Of a stretch of 57,037 nt of DNA, positions 38,850 to 48,658 are shown in pieces (the first letter of the stretch is position 1; each line of letters begins with the position of its first letter). A program made the translations under genes and the position numbers. Under the pieces are notes generated by a model that was given only the letters and a program-made list of their open reading frames with translations, ran no database searches and had not been told where the DNA came from. Source of the DNA: Alphaproteobacteria bacterium (GTDB lineage Bacteria; Pseudomonadota; Alphaproteobacteria; Caulobacterales; Aquidulcibacteraceae); NCBI GenBank assembly GCA_003242075.1, contig QBMO01000002.1:32397-89433 (forward strand). Reading direction: 5' to 3'.

Positions 38850-39787
38850 CGGGCGGTCAGCAACTCCGCCCGCGCAAGCGCCAGGCCTTCGATCGCCACG
38901 CTTGGATCGAGTTGGCGTTCGCGCCATTTCATGCGCCAGCACAGATGCGGACCAGTGGCGCGGCCGCTTGAACCGATCGCGCCGATCACCTGCCCTTGAT
39001 CCACCGTGTCGCCAACGCCGACATCGATGCGGCTCATGTGCAGATACATCGTGATCAGGCCCTGGCCGTGATCGATGAATACGAGCCCGCCTTCGTAATG
39101 CATGTCGGGCTGCGCCAGCGTGATCACGCCTTCAGCCGGCGCGCGGATCGGCGTGCCCGCGGGCGCCGCGATGTCATAGCCGAAGTGCGGCGAGGCCGGC
39201 ACGCCGTTCAGCACGCGCTGATTGCCCCAGCGCCCTGACACGCGCCCGCCTTCAACAGGAATGATGAAGCCTTCGAGCCAGCCTTGGATCGGCGCGAAGC
39301 TATCCCAGCCGGCGCGCTTCAGCACTGCTTCGCGTTGAATGCGGGCGAGCACGGCAGGATCGGTCGGCGTCACGGTTTGCGGCGGCAGACCGTCGACGCG
39401 CTGAATGTCGAATTCGCGCGGCGCGATGTCGTAGCTCTGCGCGACAGTCGCACCTTGCGCGCTGGCGACGACGCGGGCGCTGGCGCCGTGTTCGCGGGTG
39501 AAGCCAATAACCGCCCAGCCGTCCCCATCGGCGGCGCCTGCTTCGGCGCCGTCCACCGAGACCGCCGCGCCCGGCAGCGTGCGGCAAAGCGCGACGCCGC
39601 CTTGGGTGAAAGCGCCGGCGCATGCAATCGAAAGGGTCGTCGGCGCCGGCGCCCGGACAGGCTCTGGCGTCGCTTCCACCGGCGGCGCTTCGGCGACGAT
39701 CTGTGGCGGAGTATCCGGCGCGGCCGGCGCTTCGGCCGCCACGCACGCAGCCAACAAAACAGCGATCAGCCCAGCCCAGAGCTTCAT
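38846..39787 (-). CDS. M23 family metallopeptidase (lipoprotein)
   Basis: HFGYD (HxxxD), YLHMS, SGRATGPHL; lipobox LAAC. Confidence 0.93.
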   Translation of the reverse strand: MKLWAGLIAVLLAACVAAEAPAAPDTPPQIVAEAPPVEATPEPVRAPAPTTLSIACAGAFTQGGVALCRTLPGAAVSVDGAEAGAADGDGWAVIGFTREHGASARVVASAQGATVAQSYDIAPREFDIQRVDGLPPQTVTPTDPAVLARIQREAVLKRAGWDSFAPIQGWLEGFIIPVEGGRVSGRWGNQRVLNGVPASPHFGYDIAAPAGTPIRAPAEGVITLAQPDMHYEGGLVFIDHGQGLITMYLHMSRIDVGVGDTVDQGQVIGAIGSSGRATGPHLCWRMKWRERQLDPSVAIEGLALARAELLTAR

Positions 39788-40005
39788 GCCTTCTTCTCCG
39801 CGTTGACCTGCTTCCAGCGCTGCGTCGCTTCCTGCGGGCCGCGATAGGCCTCCTGCAGATCGACGTTCCAGTAGCGCAACTCATCCAGCGGAATTTTCTC
39901 GCCGGACACCGCGCAACGGACGAACAATCCCTGCTTCAGGATGGTGATTTCATTATCGCCATAATGGACTTGGGCCTCAGGCCCGCCCGGATCGTGCTTG
40001 TTCAT
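39784..40005 (-). CDS. DUF2093 family protein
   Basis: FVRCAVSGEKIPLDELRYWNVDLQEAY. Confidence 0.9.
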   Translation of the reverse strand: MNKHDPGGPEAQVHYGDNEITILKQGLFVRCAVSGEKIPLDELRYWNVDLQEAYRGPQEATQRWKQVNAEKKA

Positions 40006-40035
40006 GGGGCCGTTCTAACCCCATCCGCGCGCGGG

Positions 40036-40784
40036 TCAAAGCATCGGGCCAGCGACGTCGGAATCGGCCTGGTCGTTAAGGCTGACGACGAGCGCGGGCA
40101 TCGCGCAAAACGCCGCGATTGGCGCGCGTTGCAGAGCCGCATTGATCATGCCGTCGATCCCGTAGGGAGCGACGGTGCGGTTTTGCCCGAACATGATGAC
40201 TTCGCGTTCAGCCGAGATCGGGAAACACGCCTCCAACAATCGCGCCGCGCCACGCGGCGTGATCGCGTAACAAAGGGTGCCCCAGGCTTGGAAGCAGGCA
40301 AGCGCCGTGGGCGGACGCGCGCGCATCGCGCTGAACGCATCAAAAATCCGGGCGCGCGCTTTGCCGCGTCGTCGAACTGCAGCAGCAGCTTCAACCCCTC
40401 AGGCGTCTCCGCCGCGACGAGCGCATCGGTGTTGTAGCCGAGATAGAGCAAGTCCCACTCGTCACCGAGGGAGGTCATCAATTCGCCGGCGCGCACGGTG
40501 AAATCTCCGCGCAGACAGCCATCGTCCTCGCATACAATCGCCGTTTCGCCGCGCGCAACGACCTGACGCCAAAGCTCGCGATGCGATTGCGCGCAACCCA
40601 GAGCGCCGGGCGTCAGACGTGTTCGCGCCGCCACGAGCCCATCGCGCACGGCGCTCTCCGGATCGATATCGACGCCGATCGCCGCATCGACAAACACCAG
40701 TTCTAAACCGGGGCGCGCATTCCAATTCGAGAATTGCGCGCGCCGATCGGCGCGCGAACGGAGATTGATGACATGAACCCGCAT
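40036..40784 (-). pseudogene. Glycosyltransferase family 25, frameshifted at a T5 run (40342-40346)
   Basis: VINLRSRADRR, GALGCAQSH, CEDD in one frame; GTLCYAITPRGAARLL..ID in another; one extra T restores GFFDAFSAMRAR. Confidence 0.85.
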
Positions 40785-40877
40785 ACCGCTCTTACAAGCC
40801 CCTCGAAGGGAGCGCGTTCCCCCCTAAAGCGTCGTATGGACTTGGCGAACGCCATAAACGCGAGCTAACACCGTTAT

Positions 40878-41264
40878 ATGACGCTCTCCGCGCCGCTGAC
40901 ATTGGGCGAATTGATCGATCGCCTGACGATCCTCGAGATCAAGGCGCAACGCATCGCTTCGCCGACTAAGCGCGCGCACGTGCGGCGCGAACTCGCCGGC
41001 CTGGAAGCCATAGCCGCACCCTACATCGCCAAGAACGCTGCCGTGGTTATGCTAAAGCGTCGGCTCAAAGCTGTGAACAGCGTGTTGTGGAGCTGCGAAG
41101 AAGCGTCGCGGCAACGCTTCCGCCGCGCGCCGCAGACGCCGGCGAAGGCGGCTGCGCTGCTTTCGCGTATCGCTCTCAATAATGATCGGCGTCACCGCTT
41201 GAAGCAGCGCATCAGCCGCTTGGCGAAGGGCGGCTTGGTCGAGCAGAAATCCTATTATTCCTGA
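40878..41264 (+). CDS. DUF6165-like protein
   Basis: LGELIDRLTILEIK..HVRREL..L..VN..LW..E..R..NDRRHRLKQRI..EQKSY. Confidence 0.82.
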   Translation: MTLSAPLTLGELIDRLTILEIKAQRIASPTKRAHVRRELAGLEAIAAPYIAKNAAVVMLKRRLKAVNSVLWSCEEASRQRFRRAPQTPAKAAALLSRIALNNDRRHRLKQRISRLAKGGLVEQKSYYS

Positions 41265-42958
41265 AGCGCTGCGTGCACGCGCGCGACGACGCCCGCCCAA
41301 TCGCCGGGCATGCTCTGCCGAAAGAGCCGCGCTTGCGGATACCACGGCGTGTCTGCGCGTTCGCGCTGCCAGCGCCAATCGGCGCGGAACGGCAGCATGA
41401 TCCAGACCGGCTTGCCCAAGGCGCCGGCGAGATGAGCAATGCCGGTATCAATCGAGATCACCAGATCGAGCGCTTCGATCAGCGCCGCCGTCTCGGCGAA
41501 ATCCAATATCTGGTCGCCGAACTGCTGAACCCCGCGCGCCGCCAGCGCTGGATGCGCCTCCACTTGAAGGCTGACGAAGCTCTCATCGGCGCCAATGAGC
41601 TGTGCCAGCGCCGCGTCGCCCAAGCTGCGCAGACGCTGACGGCTCTGCAGCCGCGAGCCGGACCAAACGATGCCGATGCGCCGCTTTGCAGGATTCAAAC
41701 GCGTGCGCCAATGGGCGACACGCTCCTGCTCGGCGATGAGATAAGGGATCGGCGCTGGTATCGCGTCGGCGCGGACACCGAGTGCGAACATCGCGCTGGC
41801 AAGCGGCAAGCGAAAGTCGACGGTAGGCGCAGGCTCATCGGCGGAGACCAATTGATCAACGCCAGCAAGCGATCGGAGCAGCCGCAACGTCTGGCGACGC
41901 TCCTGCAAAATAATGCGCGCCCCGCGCGACGCGAGCATCGGCGCGAAACGGCAAAACTGAAACAGATCGCCAGATCCCTGCTCGCCCTGAAGCAGCAGCG
42001 TCTTGCCGCGCAAATCCTCGCCGGCCCACAATGGCGCGTCGCAAGGCAACGGCGCGCGCGTCGTGCGCGAGAGAAAGCGCGCTTCGTAGGCTGGCAGACC
42101 GTGCTCGAAATCGCCTTGGGCCAGCAGCGCGTCCGCCAACGCAAATTGCGTCTCGCCATCGTCCGGCCGCAGCCCCAGGGAGCGCGCGAACGCCGCGACC
42201 GCCTCTTCCTCTCGATTGAGCGCGCTGAGAACGACGCCGCGCAGCGCATGATAGTCGCTGCGCTCAGGCGCTGCCGCGAGCACGGCATCTACTTCGCCCA
42301 GCGCCTCCTCCAAACGTTCAATAGCGCAAAGCGCACTCGCCCGGCCTGCCCGGGCGGCAATGTTGCCGGGCGCGACGGCCAGCGCCGTCTCGAAATCTGA
42401 CAGCGCCTCCGCACCGCGATCGAGCGCCAGCAGAGCGCTCCCGCGCAGATAGCGGGCATCGGGATCGCTCGGCGCCAACGACACCGCACGATGCGACGCT
42501 TGAAGCGCCTCTTCATTGCGATGCAGCGCAAGCAAGCTGGTAGCGCGATGAGTATGCAGCGCGGCGCGATCGAGCGTCACGCTATCCAGAACCTCCAGCG
42601 CACGCCCATGCTCGCCAAGCGCTGAGAGCGACGCACCTTGCAGCAGCAGCGCCTCTTGATCGCCAGGACGCAAGCGTAACACGTCCGCAGCGGCGGCGGC
42701 GCAGTCTTGGTGACGCTTCAGTGCGGCCAGTACTGCAGCGCGGTTAAACGCGATCGCCACGTCCTGCGGTGCAAGCCTGAACGCATCCTCGAACAAATCG
42801 GCCGCGCCAGCCAGATCGCCGCGCGTGTGGCGGATAACGGCGCTCAGGTGCAGCGCGTCGACATGGGTTGGCTCACGCGCCAGCAGATCGCGCAGCATCG
42901 CCTCAGCGCCGGCGCTATCGCCGCGCTGAAAGCGCGTTGCTGCGTCCGCGAAACTCAT
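41255..42958 (-). CDS. TPR-repeat protein with C-terminal GT9-like glycosyltransferase domain
   Basis: Multiple TPRs; YEARF, EQGSGDLFQFCRF, LDLVISIDTGIAHLAGALGKP, DWRW and PWYP..RLFRQ. Confidence 0.9.
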   Translation of the reverse strand: MSFADAATRFQRGDSAGAEAMLRDLLAREPTHVDALHLSAVIRHTRGDLAGAADLFEDAFRLAPQDVAIAFNRAAVLAALKRHQDCAAAAADVLRLRPGDQEALLLQGASLSALGEHGRALEVLDSVTLDRAALHTHRATSLLALHRNEEALQASHRAVSLAPSDPDARYLRGSALLALDRGAEALSDFETALAVAPGNIAARAGRASALCAIERLEEALGEVDAVLAAAPERSDYHALRGVVLSALNREEEAVAAFARSLGLRPDDGETQFALADALLAQGDFEHGLPAYEARFLSRTTRAPLPCDAPLWAGEDLRGKTLLLQGEQGSGDLFQFCRFAPMLASRGARIILQERRQTLRLLRSLAGVDQLVSADEPAPTVDFRLPLASAMFALGVRADAIPAPIPYLIAEQERVAHWRTRLNPAKRRIGIVWSGSRLQSRQRLRSLGDAALAQLIGADESFVSLQVEAHPALAARGVQQFGDQILDFAETAALIEALDLVISIDTGIAHLAGALGKPVWIMLPFRADWRWQRERADTPWYPQARLFRQSMPGDWAGVVARVHAALQE

Positions 42959-43004
42959 GGCGCGCGCCGGTCATGCATCGCCGTCAGCATAAAGGGGCCG
43001 GCGC

Positions 43005-44432
43005 TCAGAACAATGAGCCCTGACCGCCAGGCGGCTTAGCCGGTTTCGGCTTTGCCTTGGCCACATCGGCGGGCGGATCGATGACGGCCGTCCTGTGGTC
43101 ATCGGCGAAGGTGAGATCGACGACATCGCCGGCGTTCAAGTCCTTGCCCGCGCGCACCAGCGTGCCGTCCTCGCGGTGGACCATGACGAAGCCGCGCTCC
43201 AGCACGCGCTTGTGCGAAAGGCTTTCGAGCATGCGGCCGGAGGCGTCCAGATGCTTGCGATGATTGAGCAGCGTGCGCGCGATGGCCGGCTGCAAGCGCA
43301 CGGCGCAGCGCGAGAGCAGATCGCGACGGCGGGCAATGTCGTTGACCAGCGCCTCGGGACGCAAGCGCGCGGAGACGCGATCGAGCTTCGATTGCGCCGC
43401 GCGCGTATTGGCGACGAGCGCCGCGTTCAAGCGCTCAGCGGCGCGATCGAAGCGTTGTTGCGGGATTTGGAAGAGCGTTTCCAGACGTGGCAGCCTTGCC
43501 GCCGCCGCGCGCAACTCCGTGCGCCGCCGCTCCAGCCCGCGCACCAAGCCATTTTTCAAGCGCCCTTCGATCGAGGTCACGCGCTCGATCAACTCAGCGC
43601 GGACCGGCACAGCTTTTTCGGCCGCGCCTGTCGGCGTCGGCGCGCGCAAGTCGGATGCAAAGTCGATCAGCGTTGTATCGGTTTCGTGGCCCACGGCGCT
43701 GATCAGCGGGATGTCGCTTGCCGCCGCGGCGCGCACGACGATCTCTTCGTTGAACGCCCACAAATCCTCGATCGAGCCGCCACCGCGCGCGACGATCAGC
43801 ACGTCGGGCCGATCGGCGCCCTGCAACGCGTTGAAGCCCTTGATGGCGCGCGCCACCTGCCCCGCCGCTTCCGGTCCTTGCACCAAGACCGGCCACAAGA
43901 TCACCCGGCGCGGAAAGCGTTCGCTCAAGCGATGCAGAATATCGCGGATTACCGCACCCGTCGGCGATGTCACCACGCCAATGACGCGCGGCAGATATGG
44001 GATGGGCTTTTTGCGCCCCGGCGCGAACAAACCTTCCGCCGCTAGCTTCGCCTTCAGCTTCTCCAACTGCGCCAGCAGCGCGCCCACGCCCGCCGGCGCC
44101 ATACGTTCGGCGATCAGCTGATACTGCGAGCGGCCCGGATAGGTTGACAGCCGGCCCTCGACGACAACTTCCAGGCCCTCTTCCGGTTTGAACGAAAGCT
44201 GCTGCACGTTCAGCTTCCACATCACGGTGGCGATGGTGGCGTTCTCGTCTTTCAGATCGACATAGAGGTGCCCGGACTTGGCGATCAGCACGCGGCCCAA
44301 TTCGCCGCGCACGCGCACGCGATCGAAATCGCGCTCGACGGTGCGCTTTACCGCCTGCGCCAATTCACTGACGGAAAGCTCCGGCAGATTGGAAGTCGCT
44401 GGCGCCGCCGCGAGAGGCCCGGTCTCTGTCAT
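43005..44432 (-). CDS. xseA: Exodeoxyribonuclease VII large subunit
   Basis: SGHLY, TSPTGAVIRDI, ARGGGSIEDL, SAVGHETD and RAPTPT; start at 44432 or 44441. Confidence 0.97.
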   Translation of the reverse strand: MTETGPLAAAPATSNLPELSVSELAQAVKRTVERDFDRVRVRGELGRVLIAKSGHLYVDLKDENATIATVMWKLNVQQLSFKPEEGLEVVVEGRLSTYPGRSQYQLIAERMAPAGVGALLAQLEKLKAKLAAEGLFAPGRKKPIPYLPRVIGVVTSPTGAVIRDILHRLSERFPRRVILWPVLVQGPEAAGQVARAIKGFNALQGADRPDVLIVARGGGSIEDLWAFNEEIVVRAAAASDIPLISAVGHETDTTLIDFASDLRAPTPTGAAEKAVPVRAELIERVTSIEGRLKNGLVRGLERRRTELRAAAARLPRLETLFQIPQQRFDRAAERLNAALVANTRAAQSKLDRVSARLRPEALVNDIARRRDLLSRCAVRLQPAIARTLLNHRKHLDASGRMLESLSHKRVLERGFVMVHREDGTLVRAGKDLNAGDVVDLTFADDHRTAVIDPPADVAKAKPKPAKPPGGQGSLF

Positions 44433-44515
44433 CTCTTTCATATAAGCCGACTCGCTCGCGCGTGCCTGGGATGCTTTATTGATCTGGCTGCGGCTGTGGG
44501 GGCCGGGGGATCATC

Positions 44516-46642
44516 ATGGCGTTCGACGCGAACGACCTGTCGCCACACGAACACTTCGTGGTTGAGCGCACGCGCCTGGGCGAAGTCGCGGATTTCACGC
44601 CGATGGCCGGGCCTGGCGGGGTGAAACCCGCCGTCCGGGCCGGGTTTTTGCGAAAGCTCCTCCTGCGCCTCGATGACAGCTGGGCGGTGCATGCGCCGGG
44701 CGTTCGCCTGCGCGGCGCCCGGATCGAGGGCGCGCTTGACCTTACGGATTGTTCAGGCGCTGGCGGCGCCGGGCTCCCGGCGCTGGCGCTAGTCGAGTGC
44801 GAAATCGCGGAGCCGATCGATATCAGCCACAGCCGGCTGGCGCGGCTTTCGCTGGCCGATAGCCGCCTCACCCGGCTCGACGGCGTCGAGGCGCAAATCG
44901 ATGGCGAACTCGATCTCTGCAACGTCGCCCCGCTCGGCGCGCCCGGACTAGAGACGCTAACCGTCAAACTGCGCGGCGCCCGCATCGACGGCGACTTCGC
45001 AGCGCGCGGCGCCAAGTTTGCGCGCGCAATCGATAGTGATGACGACGCACTGATGCTGCAAAGCATCGAGATCGCCGGCAGCCTGTTGTTCGACGAAGGC
45101 TTTGACGCCTTCGGCCGGATCTGGCTCGTGGATGCGCGCGTGAGCGGCATTGTCAGCTGCGTCGGCGGCCAATTTCTCAATCGCACTGACGATGCGCGCG
45201 GCGAAGCGCTGAACTTCGATGGGGCCACGCTCGGCGCGCTGATGATGTCAGCGAAGTTCAAGGCGGAAGGCGCGGTACGCCTACTCAGCGCGCGCATTGC
45301 GGGCGATGTCATCGTCAGCGATGGCGTATTCCGCAACGAGTTCGGCATCGCGCTCAACGCCAGCAATGCCGATATTGGCGGCATGGTGATTGGCCTTGAG
45401 ACAAAGGTCGCTGGGCAACTCTCGCTACAAGGCGCAAAGATTGCGCGCAACCTCGACCTCCGCGGCGCCGAGATCGCGCACCGCACCACGCCGCGCGGCG
45501 ATACGTTCGGACGCGCGCTTGACGCAACCAGCGCCACAATTGGCGGCGCGGCTTTGCTCCAAGGCGGCAACGTCAAAGGCGAAGTCTTCCTCGCCGACGC
45601 CAGAATCGCCGGCTACCTCGCCTTCGGCGGCGGGCGCTTCATCAATGGCGGCAATTGGGCCATTCGCGCGCCCAATGCACGCGTCGGCGGCAATCTGACG
45701 TTCAAATTGGCCGAAGACGGCTTCGCGCCGCACGGCCAGAAAACCGTAATCGAAGGCGGCGCCAAGTTCGCGCGCGCGCGGATCGATGGCGGGCTCTCCT
45801 GGAGCGCGCTCGAACTGCGCGGCCCTGGGCCTGACGGCGCCAAGGGCGCAGTGTTTTCGTTCGCGGACGCGACGATCGCCGGGCCGGTGCAAGCACGAGC
45901 GCTGACAACACAACAGGACGCGTTGATCGACGTATCCGGCGCGAGTTGCTCTGCGCTCGATGACGACGTGAAAACCGGCTGGGGCGTCGAGGGCGCGCGC
46001 CTCGATCTCGATGGCTTCGCTTACGCCCGGATGGACACCGAAGGCGAGCGCTGGCGGCAGCGGCTTAACTGGCTCTCACGCTCACCGAAATTCTCGTCGC
46101 AGCCGTTCACGCACGCCGCCCGCGTTTATGCCCGCGCCGGTCATCGCGAAGATGCGCGCCGTATTCTGCTGGCGCAGCATGATCGCCGCACGCGTGTCGC
46201 GTCAGCCGGGCCGTTTACGTGGCTGCTCTCGTCGCTGTTCGGCGCCATCGCCGGCTACGGCCTCTCGCCGCTGCGGGTCGCGCGATCGCTCGCACTCTTT
46301 CTCGCGCTCGGCGTGTTCGGCGTGCTGACCATGAATGCGCAAGGCGCGTTGGTGACGCCGCGTGGCGCGCAGTGCAACGGCGCGGTCGAGCCCGCGCTCT
46401 ACGCCGTCGATGTGGCGCTGCCTGTGATCGATCTCGGCCAAGAAAGCCGCTGCGGCCCCGGCCGCACAGCGCGCGCCGAACTGTCACCCGGCATGGCCGT
46501 CTCCGAGACCAGCGATTGGCGCTTGTTCGAGGGCGCCGCCCTTTGGAAATGGGCGCACGCGCTCTACGCCATCCTCGGCGCGATCCTCACCGCCCTGGCC
46601 GTGATCACGTTCTCGGGCGTGATGAAGCCGAAGGACGAGTAG
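44516..46642 (+). CDS. Hypothetical beta-solenoid repeat protein with C-terminal TM domain
   Basis: Repeats of LxGARIxGxLxLxGAxF type; GYG, TM, YAVDVALPVIDLGQ, TM. Confidence 0.85.
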   Translation: MAFDANDLSPHEHFVVERTRLGEVADFTPMAGPGGVKPAVRAGFLRKLLLRLDDSWAVHAPGVRLRGARIEGALDLTDCSGAGGAGLPALALVECEIAEPIDISHSRLARLSLADSRLTRLDGVEAQIDGELDLCNVAPLGAPGLETLTVKLRGARIDGDFAARGAKFARAIDSDDDALMLQSIEIAGSLLFDEGFDAFGRIWLVDARVSGIVSCVGGQFLNRTDDARGEALNFDGATLGALMMSAKFKAEGAVRLLSARIAGDVIVSDGVFRNEFGIALNASNADIGGMVIGLETKVAGQLSLQGAKIARNLDLRGAEIAHRTTPRGDTFGRALDATSATIGGAALLQGGNVKGEVFLADARIAGYLAFGGGRFINGGNWAIRAPNARVGGNLTFKLAEDGFAPHGQKTVIEGGAKFARARIDGGLSWSALELRGPGPDGAKGAVFSFADATIAGPVQARALTTQQDALIDVSGASCSALDDDVKTGWGVEGARLDLDGFAYARMDTEGERWRQRLNWLSRSPKFSSQPFTHAARVYARAGHREDARRILLAQHDRRTRVASAGPFTWLLSSLFGAIAGYGLSPLRVARSLALFLALGVFGVLTMNAQGALVTPRGAQCNGAVEPALYAVDVALPVIDLGQESRCGPGRTARAELSPGMAVSETSDWRLFEGAALWKWAHALYAILGAILTALAVITFSGVMKPKDE

Positions 46643-46647
46643 AACGC

Positions 46648-46710
46648 GGAACGCGGGTCTTCAGACCCGCATGCGACACAACGAGCAGCCGGCCTGAAGG
46701 CCCGCGGTCC
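46648..46710. repeat. Inverted REP doublet (REPIN-like)
   Basis: GGAACGCGGGTCTTCAGACCCGC and an inverted GGACCGCGGGCCTTCAGGCCGGC separated by 17 nt. Confidence 0.75.
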
Positions 46711-46783
46711 ATGAACGCGACCAATCGCACTTGCACGTCCGTCGCAAAGCCGCTTGTTAGCCCCAAAACTTGGGGGAAACGCC

Positions 46784-48658
46784 ATGCTTCGCCGTACTTT
46801 GCTACAATCCGCGCTGGCCGCGCCGCTCTTGGCCGCTTGCGCTACCAACACCACGCTCGGCGCCGCCGATCCGATGGCGCCGCTGCCGCATGACACCAGC
46901 TCGTATGCCCGCCCCGATGAAGCGCGCGTGCGCCACGTCTCACTCGATCTCACCGCTGATTTCGATCGCAAGCGCTTCTCCGGCAAAGCCACGCTCGACA
47001 TCGTCGCGCGCGCTGATGCGCAAGAGATCGTGCTCGACAGCAAGGGCCTAATCATCCAGCGCGTGCGCGCCGGCGGCCGCGACACGACGTTTACGCTCGG
47101 CGACAGCGATCCGACCAAGGGCGCGCCGCTCACCATTCAACTGAACGGCGCGCGCCGCATCGAGATCGAATATGAGAGCGCCGAGAATGCGAGCGCGCTG
47201 CAATGGCTGGAGCCGGCGCAAACCGCCAGCAACAAGCGTTTCTTGTTCAGCCAGGGCCAAGCGATCCACAACCGCACCTGGATCCCGACACAAGACAGCC
47301 CCGGCATTCGCCAAACCTACGACGCCCGCATCGTCGTCCCCGCCGATTTGAAAGCGGTGATGAGCGCGGAAATGCTGACGCCGAATGGCGAGCGCACGCA
47401 GGACGGCAAACGCGCCTATCGCTTCCGCATGCCGCAGCCGATCCCGCCTTATCTCATCGCTATCGCGATCGGCGATCTGGTGCACGCCGATGTCGGCCCG
47501 CGCACCGGCGTTTACGCCGAACCGAGCGTGATCGAGCGCGGCGTCTACGAATGCGCCGACATGGAACGCATGATGGAAGTGGCGGAGTCGCTCTACGGCC
47601 CGTATCGCTGGGGTCGGTACGACGTGCTCATCCTGCCGCCGTCTTTCCCCTATGGCGGCATGGAGAATCCGCGCCTCACCTTCCTGACGCCGACTTTCCT
47701 CGCTGGCGACCGCAGCCTCGTCTCGCTCGTCGCGCACGAACTGGCGCACTCGTGGTCCGGCAATTTGGTGACGAACGCCGTGTGGGCCGATGGCTGGCTC
47801 AATGAGGGCTTCACCTCCTACATCGAAGGCCGCATCGGCGAAGCGCTGTTCGGCCAAGAGCACGCGCGCATGGCCGAGGCGCTTTCATGGGCCGACATTC
47901 AAACGGCGCTCGGGAGCGTGTCGCCCGACGGCCAGCGCTTGCATTGGGTCGGTGAAGTCAGCGCCAACGAAAACTCGAGCGCCATTACCTACGACAAAGG
48001 CGCCACGTTCCTGCGTACCGTCGAAGGCATTATCGGTCGCGAGCGCATCGACGCCTATCTGCGCTCCTACTTCGATCGCTACGCCTTCCAACCGATGACG
48101 ACGCAAGCCTTCCTCGCCGACTTCCGCGCCAACGTCGTGCGCGGAGACGCGAACTTGGAATCGCGGCTTATGCTGGATCAATGGGCCTATGAGCCGGGCA
48201 TTCCGTCGAACGCCGCAGCACCCCAAGCCGAAGGCTTCAGCGAAATCCCTGGTTACGTCGAAGCGTTTCTCGCCGGCGGTCCGCCAGCGGCGGCGCCCTG
48301 GGAAACCTGGAACACGATGCAGCGTCAGCGCTATCTGCAAAGCCTGCCGCGCGAACTGCCGGCCGAGCGCCTGCAGGCGCTCGAAGCCGCCTTCGGCCTC
48401 GACGATATCGGCAACATGGAAGTGCGCTACGATTGGCTGATCCTTGCCGTGCGCAATGGCTTTGCGCCATCCGAACGCGCGGTGGAGACGTTCCTCACCG
48501 TGCAAGGACGCGGCAAGTTCATCCGCCCAATTTATACAGCGCTCCGCGCCCAAGGCGATTGGGGGCGCAGCGTCGCGCAGCGCGTCTATGCGCGGGCGCG
48601 GCCCACTTATCACCCCATCGTGCAAGCCGGCGTCGACCGCATCATGAACGCGGCGTGA
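46784..48658 (+). CDS. M1 aminopeptidase (leukotriene A4 hydrolase-like), probable lipoprotein
   Basis: GGMENP, HELAHSW..WLNEG and YDKG; RR plus LAAC in the signal. Confidence 0.95.
   Translation: MLRRTLLQSALAAPLLAACATNTTLGAADPMAPLPHDTSSYARPDEARVRHVSLDLTADFDRKRFSGKATLDIVARADAQEIVLDSKGLIIQRVRAGGRDTTFTLGDSDPTKGAPLTIQLNGARRIEIEYESAENASALQWLEPAQTASNKRFLFSQGQAIHNRTWIPTQDSPGIRQTYDARIVVPADLKAVMSAEMLTPNGERTQDGKRAYRFRMPQPIPPYLIAIAIGDLVHADVGPRTGVYAEPSVIERGVYECADMERMMEVAESLYGPYRWGRYDVLILPPSFPYGGMENPRLTFLTPTFLAGDRSLVSLVAHELAHSWSGNLVTNAVWADGWLNEGFTSYIEGRIGEALFGQEHARMAEALSWADIQTALGSVSPDGQRLHWVGEVSANENSSAITYDKGATFLRTVEGIIGRERIDAYLRSYFDRYAFQPMTTQAFLADFRANVVRGDANLESRLMLDQWAYEPGIPSNAAAPQAEGFSEIPGYVEAFLAGGPPAAAPWETWNTMQRQRYLQSLPRELPAERLQALEAAFGLDDIGNMEVRYDWLILAVRNGFAPSERAVETFLTVQGRGKFIRPIYTALRAQGDWGRSVAQRVYARARPTYHPIVQAGVDRIMNAA

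Noticed and set aside
40799-40825. Small overlapping hairpins between GT25 and DUF6165
   Set aside because: Short G/C runs in a divergent promoter region; cannot be distinguished from chance
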